The notes beneath the pieces were generated by a model. It saw only the letters and a program-made list of their open reading frames with translations. It did no database searches and was not told where the DNA came from. A stretch of 52,888 nucleotides of DNA from Hyphochytrium catenoides (Eukaryota; Protista; Hyphochytriomycota), in contig FLMG01000388.1 of NCBI GenBank assembly GCA_900088475.1, forward strand, positions 1 to 52,888, given 5' to 3'. Both the position numbers and the translations under genes were made by a program. Shown here piece after piece: positions 11,355-25,530 of this stretch (positions are counted from its first letter, which is position 1; every line of letters starts with the position of its first letter).

Positions 11355-12934
11355 TTAGTCTTCCACGAGAAAGGTATGGTTCTCAGGCACAACGATGGAC
11401 TCGTCCCCTTCAGTGACATAGACAGCATTTGCGACTACGTGCTGGTAGCCCTCTTCATCATCCATATCTTCGCCGCCTCCCCTGGCGGGCCTGAGATACT
11501 CCTCTCCATCTTGGAAATCTTTGCTTAAGGCGTCGAGTTTCTGGGGCGGGAGGGCGGATGATGAGGGAACGGAGGAAGAGAGAACTAAAGAGAGGGAAGA
11601 TAAACAGGGTAACATACAAGGTGGTAGACAGAGGAACGATAGATATCAGGCAAGGTAACGAGAAGAATGCAGAAAGAAGAAGAGACATCCGGAGAACAAA
11701 CATGACAGAGCCAAGAAGAGATGAGTAGTAGGAAAGGACAAGGGGAGAAAGCGAGAGGAAGCCATAGAAAACGAAAGGAGCAACAAGAGTCGCCAAACAT
11801 TCAGGGCGGAAGAGGGGACAATCACCTGCTTAAGGACAGTTGTCCCTTCTTTTTTCAGGATCTCCATATACATCTTCCCCTTCCTTTGAAGTTGAGCCAA
11901 ACCTTCATCTATTCCCCGCTCGTGTTGCTTGAAGAACGGGCGAACGTAGTGGCGGTAGATGTGGGTTGCTCCCTGGCAAAAAAGAGCAGGTTGTTAGGCA
12001 AAGAAGTGAAGAGAGAAGAAGTAGATCAACAAGGAGTGGAGACTCGCTTCCACGGAAAAGAGAATGACCTTGTAGGGATGTACAAGAAGAGGAGAAAAGC
12101 AAGGGGAACGTACTGAAGGAGTGGCCAGATAAATAAGAAAGCCTGTCTTTATGAGCTGGTAGCCTGGAAACCTGGCCGAGAGCATCAAGTGGGAGAGGGA
12201 TGGAGGTGCAGGTGAGGAGACAACTACGGGAGCTTCTTCTTCTTCTCTTTCGTCTCACTAACTCAGAACACTGTTCCTCGTATTGCACGTCCGCTCGCTG
12301 TTTTCTCTCTCTCTCTCTCTCTCTGACTCCAAGTCTCTCTCTCTCTCTCGATCTCTCTAACTCTCTTTGGTGCCTCTCTCGCTGTCTGTCTTTCTTCTCT
12401 TCCTCTTCTCTTCTCTTGTTAAGGAAAGGGCAGAGAAAGTCAAGTCTTCTTCTTCTGTCTGCCTGTGCCTGTTGAAAAGCTCCAATAGGAATTCTTTCTC
12501 TCCTTCTCGCTCTCTCTCTCTCTTTCTTCGCGCGGCTGTTTTCCTTTCACTTAGAAGACCACAACCCTTTCTTTCAACGGCTCGCTCTTTCTTCTGCTCA
12601 ACTCTGAACTGCTGGGGTTGCACTTACCACCAAACTACTCTGTCTGACACGGTCTCCACCGCGGAGGTGAGGGCAAACAGAGTCCAATATGTGAGCCATT
12701 GCTTCGTCTCAGGAGCATTGTTAGTGTCTAAGGCCTTGTAGCTCCGGTAGGCAGGATAGAGCAAGCCAGAGGATATACTGATGACCGTTTAAAACGTCCA
12801 TGTAGCAAGAGAGAGAGAGAGAAAGAGGAGAAAGAGAGAGAGAAAGAGGAAGAGAGAGGGAGTATGAGAGAGAGAATAAAGAGAGAGAACAAGAGAGAAA
12901 GACAGAGAGAACAAGAGAGAGAGACACATAGAAT

Positions 12935-12981
<47 letters not shown>

Positions 12982-13139
12982 AATATAAGAGAGACTAGGA
13001 GAGAGTCTTACAGGCCACACGGAGACTGATAGAAACACGCTAGACAGGGTCAAAGCGGAGAGTCCTGAAATGGCAACGCACGAGAAGAACCTTCTGTCAA
13101 GCATCCTTACCCGACAAGCTTTGAGATTGCGCCGCCCAT
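11355..13139 (-). CDS. TB2/DP1/HVA22 (REEP/Yop1) family ER-shaping protein, 5 exons, about 189 aa
   Basis: Exons 13139-13111, 12777-12628, 12171-12114, 11972-11826 and 11540-11355 are all GT-AG and phase-consistent. They give GLLYPAYRSYKAL...KQWLTYW...WFPGYQLIKTGFLIYL..GATHIYRHYVRPFF. Confidence 0.93.
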
Positions 13140-13665
13140 AATTCAATTCTGCTCTCTGTCCAAGGCTAGCTCCAGTCGAAGAGTCAAAAGAGACGGTCTA
13201 ACAATCAGCAGCCGTCTGCCTGGCGTTGCTCTCTCTCTTGCTGTCTCTTCTGCCCCAAACTCTAACAGGATGCTTTGTGTCTGTCTTGCAGGGAGATACT
13301 TGTCAGCCCTGCTGTTCTAAGGGGCTTCTTTCTCTGCAGTACATTGAATGAACCTCCATTGCTCTTCAATAATCTCTCTCTCTCTCTCTCTTCGTGCGCC
13401 TTTTCTGTCATCAGATGCCGATGTCGCACTCAAACCAGCTGTTGGTAGCTGAGCATTTTTACCTCACAGCCTCTCCAGCATTAGCCTTTCAACAAGTTTA
13501 TTTTGAATAAATAACACTATAGCACTACGTATACTGATACTAGCATAGCTCTGTTCTATAACCAGAACACCCACAAACAAACTTCACTCATGGGTGTTGG
13601 TAGCTGAGCAGAGCATTCAGCCATTTCTTCGTCAGCAGATTTCCCACTGGCGAGAGAAAGTGGGG

Positions 13666-13696
<31 letters not shown>

Positions 13697-13937
13697 NNNN
13701 NNNNNNNNNNNNNNNNNNNNNNNNNNNNNNNNNNNNNNNNNAGAGAGAGAGAGAGAGAGAGAGAAAAAGAGAATGCGCTGGATCCATTGTCATCACCGGT
13801 AGGTTCGGACGGTCTTAGGAGCCAAAGGTCCGAGCCCAATCTCCAACAATGAGATGGGCTGGGAGAGGTCAGGACACCGCAAGAAAGAAAGGGCAAGGAG
13901 TGCTTGGTAAGGAGGAGACAAGGGATAACATTCCCTC

Positions 13938-16900
13938 CTACCAGCTCCCGCTGCCTCCAATAGAAGCAGGTCGATGCCTCTGAAAGTGCTCTGCTGTGAG
14001 CCCGCTAGCCACAGGACTGATGGACATCTCATCCCCATAGGGAGAGGACGTGGTAAGAGAGAGACGAGAAGGGAGGAGAGGAGAGGAATAGTAGGTCTCT
14101 CCCTTTCCCTTGTGTCCACTGAAGGAGACGTCTGTGTCCTCGTCAAAGTTCCCAAAGCGAGGGACAATCCGCCCGGCAGCGGTGCCTCTGCCTCTTCCAA
14201 TAGGAATGCCTGAGGAAACGAGTCATACTGCAGGTCAGAGAGGACCAGAGAAAAGGAAGAACATACGGAAAATGAGAGAGAGAGGGTGAAGAGAGAGAGA
14301 GAGGGGCAAAGCGAGGCGGGCAGCGACACAGACTGAGAGGAACAAGGAGGAAGCGAGAAAAGACAAAGAGTAAGAGAGACACCAAGAGAAACAAGAGAAA
14401 GAGAAGAAGCGCAAGAGCAAAGCCCGACAAAACGAGAGAGAAAAGCTGCCTAGAAACGTAACAGTGGGAGACTGATAAGCAGAGGATGGCGAGAGTGAGC
14501 AGAGGGCAAGAGAGTGCCTTACCTGGCGTCGATTCTGCACTAATACTCAGGGCACTAACGTAAGAACTATACTCTGGAGGAAGATCGTCTTCCCGTTGAT
14601 CATCCTCTTCCTCTTCTTCCTCCGCGTCTTCTTCTTCCTCCTCCTCCCCTTCCTCGCTGCTTGTCTCATCATCATCTTCTTCTTCCTCTTCTATCGCCTC
14701 CCACTCATTGTACAGCTCGGCCACGAATCGAAAAGAGCGTCGTAGAAGATAAGGATCAAAGGGAAAGTAGGAGTCTAGAGGATTGGATCCGGAGCCCAGT
14801 CCGCCAACTCCTCTTCCTCTTTGCTTTGCCACCCCCGAGACCTTTGCTGTTGCCGCTGTGACGATCTTCACTGCCCCGATGGCTCCAATGCCCCCTAACC
14901 TGTGGGCTATCCCGTTTATCCGTGTTCCTACCGCCTTTGGCTCGAGAGAGAGAGAAGAAGAGGGAGATGAGCGAGGGGATGGCTTGGGAATGCCGCTGTC
15001 TCCTGTGTCTTGCAGTTGTTTTTCGAGGTCAGAGAGAAGAGCGGGAGCCACTAAGTGGAGAACTCTTGCCACGCGCACAAACTCTCTCCTGACGCTCTCC
15101 AGGCAGTATTTCAGCGGGTTCATAGGGCTACGGATGATCCTCTCCCATAGAAAGGCTGCGAGGAACTCTTTTCCCTGGTCCGCCGCAGCTATAAACCCAC
15201 CTTGGAAGCAGAGAAGGTAAAAGACGGCTTGAGAGATCGTGTAGAAGAGCGTATTCCTTCTCTTGCTCTCCTCAGAATCCGTATAGTTCTCTCCTACTTC
15301 CTCCACTTCGTCAGTGATCCACCGGAGAAGATGGGAGAAGGTCGACCGTAAGGTGCTCTGTCGCACATACTTGGCACGTGCCAGAAAGGAGGCCAAGTAC
15401 GCGGAAGCGCTTTGTCTTAGAACCACCGGCCGCTGGAATGAGAAGTGATAACAGAGCAATCAGGTGAGGGGAAGAAGCGTGAAAAAGAGAGAGAGAGAGC
15501 GCTGCTAGTTCATAGATACAATCGGCCTTCCAAAGCAGTTGGGCAGGAACATGATTATATGAGAGAGCAAGGTAAACATCAAGCGCCCCGAGGTTGGATA
15601 CATATCATATAGGAGAATAACAAATGGGGAGACAGAGCCTGTTCAGTAGCTAAACCTCAGAGATCGCACTCGACAAGGCGGACAGGATAAAACAGCCAAT
15701 GCAAAAAGAGGTCGGCCAGTTGAAAGAAACAGCCTGACGCAGGGCATGCTTCTGTACCTGGGCGTCAAAGATAATGGCTATCAGTTTCGCTACGAAGGCG
15801 TCTACGAAGTCAATGTCTTCCTTGCAGACAAAGAAGATCAGATACTGGGTAAATTTGGACCGGTGAGTGCTCAACATTGAGCCTTCAAAGACCTAAAAGA
15901 GAGCCAGAGAGACGAAAGCGCATAGGAGGAGAGGAAGAGCGAGGATTAGCATCGCTGGGCCACAATCTTCTCATAACTCCCCTACGCAGGGACTATAATC
16001 TGCCGTCCCCTCCGCGCCGGGTCTCTCTCCGCATCCTGTTCCCCTTGCAGGGCTAAGCAGTTCCTCCCTGCTCTCAAACAAGCAATCTCTTCTCCTTATC
16101 TCTTCTCTTTTCTAGTGAAGCGTCCCGTCTTTCTGTCCCTGAGTTCGGTCCCATACCTGCATCAGTAGCTGGAACATATTCTTCGCGCCGTAGGGAGTGC
16201 TATCGATCCTCTTCTGTACATATTCAAACACTAGCACCATCAGTACATCTAGCTTGTCAGCCATAATGTCGAGCGCTTCCATGTCAGGCTCCTCCTCTCC
16301 TTCTCCTGAGGCCCACAGAGAGTCCATCGAAAAGAGAAGATCTTCCTCGTTCTCGTCCAGCTTAATCTCAACCTATAGTTTGCGGCAAGGAGGGGAGATG
16401 ACGATGCCTGTGACTTCTCAACAGTGCTATTGAAGGACGATATGCTAGGCCAGGACGAAAGAGATGATGTCGGCAAAAGTGGAAAGGAAGGTCACAGAAT
16501 ATCGAGAAGCAAAAAGGAGAACGAACCGGAGAGCATGAGTGGAAGAGAGGGTGGGAGAACGAGAGACAATCAGAACGAAGGAACAGCTAGAAGAGAGAAA
16601 ATGAAAATAGAGATAGACCAAGACTAAAGAAATTAAGAGCGTGAGAGAAAGGGAGAGCGGAAAGCGGAGAAGAGGAAAAACTTTGACAGTAGAGAGAATA
16701 GGTAACCCATTGCTTACATCTATCTCTATCAACCTCTCCACTATTAGGACAAAAATCCGATCGGCCAAGAAGGGGAACGAGTCTGCTATCCTAAGCAGCT
16801 GCTCTACATAAACCTTCTGAGTAATCTTATCCACACGCTTGTGAGGGAAGTGCTCCACAAGCACAGGAAAGAGGATGGTACTCCCCGCAGGGACAATCCT

Positions 16901-18060
16901 AAGAACTGCCTCTAGCGCTGAGTGAATGGCGTTGTACACCGCAACGTCTGATGAAGAGGGAGAAGACGGTTGCAGAGACCTGGAACCTGCTGCTCCTCCT
17001 GCGGAGAGAGCCGCTAGATTTAACGGGGGAAGGAGACTACGGACCAGCATTTGGAAAGATGGAAGGAGAAACGTGCCATTCGCGGAGATCAGGTGAGTCA
17101 GGAAGTTAAGGTAAGCTTCGTTGACCTGAAAGACAAGGTTGAAAACAGGGGTTTAGAGATACAAAGCACAAAAAGACTAACCCACTCACAGTCGTAGTCA
17201 GCGCAAGAAAGAAGATAACCAGGCACAGCAGCACGAGATGGCAGACGGCGGGACCGCTTCCGGTGAGGACTCATCGCAAAGACTTAAACAAAAGAAGCAA
17301 CGTCGGTAGGTGACGGTGCCCAAAAACTGACACGAGGGAACAACGAGACACAGAGATCAAAGACAGCACCCACTGCCTACCTCCTTGTTGGCATGCCAAT
17401 CGTGTTTGAAAATCGCGTTGATAAGCAACCTGTAGGCGTCTGGGGCCTCGATAATGGTGCTAATGCACTCCGAGAGGGCAGAGAAGAGTTGTCGTTGGCT
17501 GGCTGCGTCTTCAGCTCGCTGATGATGCAACGATGTGAGCCAATAGAGATAGTGTACAGCGGAAATAGACGAGAGAAAAAAGAGACGGAGGAACCTTGGC
17601 AAGACAAAGCTGTAGAAATGTGGCTGGTAGAAAAGGCGGGACACAACTAGAGAGGACCACTAAAGTCTCACCTGGAGCTGCGCCACGAGTAGCTCATAAC
17701 TTGAAGAGTCTCCCTAATGAGTCGAAGGTGTTAGAAGGACAGAACAACGTCCCACATATGGGAAGAGCATGAATCCAACAGCCCAGAGCCACATGTCTAG
17801 ACAGAGGGATGGGTAAAAGACAGCTAAGTTGGCCGCTACCTTCCTATGCAAATCGAAGGCCCGAAGAACGTAGGCCTTCATCTGTGAGGAATCGCCTACG
17901 CACAAAGGCCGTTAGCTCTAGTCCCTTATTGTCGATAGGTAGTTAGAAGCAGCCTCCGGTTACCTGCAAACAATCCGGTACGGTCACCGAAGCTGACACC
18001 TCGAGGAACGGAGGGGCCCATCACGGGGCCTCTCTGTGTTGAAAAGGACCTTTGAAACAT
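13938..18060 (-). CDS. RRN3: RNA polymerase I-specific transcription initiation factor RRN3 (TIF-IA), about 9 exons
   Basis: Motifs HFPHK, LIEIDVEI, ADKLDVLM, THRSKFTQY, RQSASAYLASFLARAKYV, NPLKYC and LDSYFPFDPYLL, plus an acidic tail. The last exon, 14209-13938, joins in phase 1 and ends ...RPASIGGSGSW*. The start codon is less certain because the frame stays open a short way upstream of 18060. Confidence 0.93.
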
Positions 18061-19222
18061 ATCTATAGCACAGGAGCCTCCCGCCTGCTCTGCTTCTAGA
18101 TGCTTCCTGCTGCTACGTTGCCGCAGGCGCGGTGAGGGCAACTGCTTCGTCCCTCTAAGTAAACCCTAAGCTACTCGTCAATGTCGACTCCCTGCATAGC
18201 TACTATGGGCTGTTATCAGCCAAACGACAGGGAGCAATGTCAGAGAAGCCTGCCAACTCCGCGCTCTCTGGCCTCCGGATTTCAGAGCTGTGAAGAAGAT
18301 TGAGAATTGCGCTGAGACGGCGCGGTCAATGCGGTCGATGGCGCGGAGAATGCTGATCTCTGACAGAGAACCGTGCCTACAGACAGAGTACAGACAGAAT
18401 ATTGCATACATTACTTTCTTTCAAATAGACTTAGGTGTCCGTCAGACAGAGTGAGAAGAGATGAAGTTAGAGATGAAGGACCCCAGAAAGGAAGATTATT
18501 GGGCGGCATTCTGCATTCTGAGGGGAGCACACACCATGTACACACATCATGAACATCGTCGTCCTTATGAGAATAGTAATAGTTCATCACCTCCACTGCT
18601 TGTAACACCTGCTCCTGGTACGTAGTAGTACGACTGCTATTATCCAGTTCTGATGCTTTCTTCCAAGAGACATCGGTCTGATGGAGAGGACGAGTTCGGA
18701 CTTATTATCACGGCCAGCGCCGTAACTTCCCTTCCCTATAAAGGAATGGCTACAGATAGGTCCATACTGGCCCGATCGTTTTCTGCGGGAACAAAAAGCC
18801 GCTAACCCCCGAAACTGGGATTTACATCTATGATAACTGTCCCTTGATAACGTAAAGTAACTGAGCGATGTGAGATGAAGACGGTCAGATGACGTATATG
18901 CCCTGTTATACAGCATTAATTAGGGATAAGTGGCGGGCCCTGTGCTGTTCGGAGATGATGCGAATCTGTAATCTGTCGGTCCCTGCGGCACTTTCTCAAT
19001 GGAAAGTGATGGTCAAGCTCTTGATGAAAGGCAATAATCTCCACAGACATCAGTCACTGATCTTGTCAAGCTTGAGCTTCAATAGGCTATCGCTGCTCCG
19101 GGTCCTACCTCTTTCTTATCTTTACCTGGAAGTGCTTGCCACTCTGCAAGTTTTACCCGAGGAGTCAGCCATTCGATCGTTTGTAAGGGTGGAAAGGGAA
19201 GGAACCACAGGGCCGAGTAGGA

Positions 19223-21999
<2,777 letters not shown>

Positions 22000-22390
22000 T
22001 GGCAGCTTAGTCTGTTTCCCATAATAGTATGGCAGAGCTGCGCAGTGCAGTGCTGTTATATCGACGACAGTCGCATGCCGGTGTAACCTTTTGCTTAAGC
22101 CTGAGCCTATCATACCCCAACTCCATACTAGCCGCTCTCTTCTCTCTGTCTCTCTCCTCTTATCCGTGCGTGTGTCTCTCTGCCCTTGGCAGAGCCTGGA
22201 GGCAAACTAAGGGGCATGGTCCTTCCCATTTTGTTAATTAAGGCCTCCTCGTTTTCTCTTTGGGTCCACGGGCCAGTTCAGAGCACGGACCTAAATCCTG
22301 CAATGTCTATCCATCTCGGTCTTGGCATCGCTCCGCGCTGTCATGTTCGCTGGACGTAGCTAAATCATGTTGAACCATGTGTTTCCTCTC

Positions 22391-23788
22391 TCATCGTCTT
22401 TGCTCTCTTTCCTTCAATGCCTGGTATCTTCCAGTATAATAGCCTGAGTAGTACCAGGAAAGGAGAAGATCTGCAAGAGCTTCTTCATCGCCTCCTGCCC
22501 CTGATGGAGGCAGAGGGCGTGGTCCGGCAGATGACCTCCACTGAGGAGCCGGAGGAAAAGATGGGGCCGCAGGTGGTCCAGGAGGATAGGCTTGATTGTA
22601 TGCAGGCTGGAGATAATAATATTAGCCCAAGGTCATGAGGTAGACGGATATGGGGAAAGGGAGGAGACAGGAGAGGAAGAGAGAGGATGCGGTATCATGA
22701 CGGGGAGAGATACGAAGAAGAAAGGCGAGAAGGATAACAAATGACGAGCGGTTTGCGCTGTAGGGGAGTAGTTGAGCAAGAAAGCAAAATGTATGATCCC
22801 CACCCTCGTGACAAACATCAGAATTGTTGGAGTCCCTCTCACCTGCGCTGCATATTGCTGTCCTTGCGGCCACCCTTGTGCTCCATACCACTGACTCCAG
22901 TCCGCCCCAGCTCCATATCCGTAGGAAGAGGCGACATAAGGATCAGTTGGTGCATAGGACGCAGGATATTGTGAGGGAAAGGAAGGAGGTTGGAGGTGTG
23001 CGGGCCAGCTGTGTTGATGCCCGTACGGAGAAGTATAAGCAGCCGCACTGTCCTGTTCCGGAGCTTCAGTCAACTGCTGCTCTGCCGAAGCGCTTGGCTT
23101 CTTCCTTGAGTGCTTCTTGGTGCCCTGCTGGCCTTTGCTTATGGTGGAAAGAGGCTTCTTCTTAGGTGAAGAAAGGGTGTTATGCTGTGATAACGGAAGA
23201 GAGAAGTTAGGAAAAGGCATCCGATGGAGAGGCAAGCCTGAAAGTGGCGGTCAAGAAGAAGAGTCTAATGTATACTCCGCATGCAGAATGTAAGTCCATC
23301 GGTAAAGACACACCGCGGACAAAGATGTGTGCACCGAGAGACATGGAGAGAGAGATTGTGGACACTTGGAAAGTGAAGAATAGAAAGGAAGACCGGGCCA
23401 GAGGAAGAAGTGTGGCAGAAAGGTCCGAGAGTGCAACCTTCGTATGCTCGTCCATCCGAGGCTTAGGTTTCCCTCCGCGTGCTCTGTGTGTCTTCAAGGC
23501 CTTATCAAATGCACGGAGAATGGCACTGTCGTCCCACTCTCCCTCATTTCCTTGTCCACCTTTCTCTTTTGATGGCTCGCTTTCGCCTTCATAATCTCCC
23601 TCATAATGATCTGTCTCCTTCCGCGAATCTCCCTCTGCCTCCTCCTCATCGTCTACATATTCTTCATCCTCTTCTTCTTCGTCCTCCTCTTCATATCCAT
23701 AAGCCTCCTCATCTTCATCTTCATGTTCTTCTTCCTCCTCTTCTTCTTGGTGCTCTTCGTCCTTCTTTTGGCGTCTCTGAGCACTCAT
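22391..23788 (-). CDS. SMN: Survival motor neuron (SMN) homolog lacking a Tudor domain, about 302 aa
   Basis: Exons 23788-23438, 23184-22843 and 22606-22391. Contains the Gemin2-binding motif EWDDSAILRAFDKAL, a Pro-rich linker and the C-terminal YG box LADLLLSWYYSGYYTGRYQA. The first internal intron boundaries and the start are less certain. Confidence 0.92.
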
Positions 23789-24529
23789 TCCTCCGGCCAG
23801 CTCAGCCTGGAGAGTGAGAAGATTAGAGTCCGTAACATTGGAAAGAGAAGGCCAACAGAAGAGAAGGCTGAACGGAGGAGAAGGGATCAAGGGTTCAAAG
23901 ACCGACATACAGCAGAAGTTGCTATGAGAGAGCGCAACAGCAGTAGAAATAACAGGGGCATACTCTTAGGTCAGCACCAGAGGCAGCGAAAAGCACATTT
24001 GCTTTCTTTTTTCCCTCCTGCATCTCTCTGGAGCGTATATCTTTGAAGATCGCTAACTTCTATTAGTTGAGATGCTCAACTATCGCCACAAATCACCCAA
24101 AGCACGACAAGGCCTTCGAAGTGAATCTGCAGAGCGACCTACGCTCTTTTGTCTGGCAAGGTCGTTTGCTCTGGCCGCTAGTCCAAGTAGCCTGTTATCA
24201 CAGGCAGAATGACAGAGCAACTCGCCACTGCGGCCAGCGGTGTCTCCCAAGACATCAAGAGCAGGACAATGGGAGAAGAAGGAAGAGAGCACAGAGGACC
24301 AGAGATCGTCTCTCTAACGGCTCCGAGGAGAAAAGCTTCAGAAAAGCTTCAGAATTGATGGAGCTCAAACTGGTCGCGAGAAAGATGCAGAAGATCTTTG
24401 CCCTTCACGCTCTAGAATCAGAATCAGAAATATCGGACAAAGAATCAAACAAATGCAATTTTAGTTATCACCAAACTTTGGCAGCTAGGTGATCCTGTAC
24501 TGTTGATCTTTTGATGATGAAGAACGGTC

Positions 24530-24940
24530 TCCTCCTTCCTCCTCTTCCTTTCTTCTTCTTTTAGTTTTCTGCTGCTGCTTCTTCCTCTTCTCCTTATTTC
24601 TTCTATCTCTTCTTCTATTTCTTCTTCTTCTCCTCCTTGTTCTTCTTCTCTTTTCTTCTCTTTTCTTTCTCCTTCTTCTTCTCCTTCTTCTCTCAGCTTC
24701 TTCTCCTTCCGGTTCTTCTCCTTCTTCCTCTCTCTTCTACTTCTTCTCTTCTTCTTCTCCTTATCTTTTCTTTCTCTTTTCCTTCGTCTTTCTCCTTCTC
24801 TTCTTCTTATACAACTCTTCTTCTTCTCGTTTTTCTCTTCTTCTCGTCTTGCTCTTCTCTCCTTCCTCTGTTGATCATCCTGAGCAAAGCCCGCAATCTA
24901 GTTCTCTTTTTATTTTCTTCTTTCTCTTCTTCGTCTACTT
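24530..24940 (+). repeat. Degenerate (TTC/TCT)n polypyrimidine tract, about 400 bp
   Basis: Almost pure C/T on the + strand with a trinucleotide period, unlike the dinucleotide tracts elsewhere. Confidence 0.8.
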
Positions 24941-25530
24941 GTCCGCATCCGCTTCTTCCCTTGTCTATCCTCCTAGCGAGAGTATGAGAGTTAGGCTGCT
25001 TGCTTTCCTGTCCTTTAGACAATCTGGTCGCCTCCCATTTTTGCCCTGACGTGCTCTCCCAGGAAACAGTATCGGATTATACCTTCTATGTCTATGTATT
25101 GGTGACCTTATAAAGTTCTAGGGCATGAGAGGAAGCCCTGCTGGCCATGGATGTCTTCTTGATAACCAGGATTTGTTTGTTATAGTTTGCATTACTCTTT
25201 AGCCCTGACGGCGAGACAACGGGCTGGAGGGAGATGATTGTCGCTGTCACCAGTCGCGCAGACTGTGCTACCAGTGATAATCATCAAACGATGGCCCCAA
25301 CCGACTAACGCTAAGAAAGAGAAGAGTTATCTGGGGCGGTCGAAACCCTGAGAGTTAGCCACGGAGAGCTTGATAATGGAGAAGAGAAGACCAGCCACAT
25401 GAGAACCATGCCCTTAGAGCTAGCTAACTGACTTAATAGAAGAGTCAACGAATGGAAAGGTCATTTGTTTAAGGCAAGGCTGTCGCTATCCCAACAAGGA
25501 GAGAAGTGAAAGAGAGGAACACGTACTGCC

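Noticed and set aside
13793-14520. ORF-track C-termini for RRN3 (ends at 14143 or 13793)
   Set aside because: These are intron read-through or the wrong frame; the phase-1 splice to 14209 gives a coherent end at 13938.
24067-25460. ORF 24067..24492 and exon-like fragments at 25.0-25.3 kb
   Set aside because: Non-ATG start, no motif, and no convincing spliced model.
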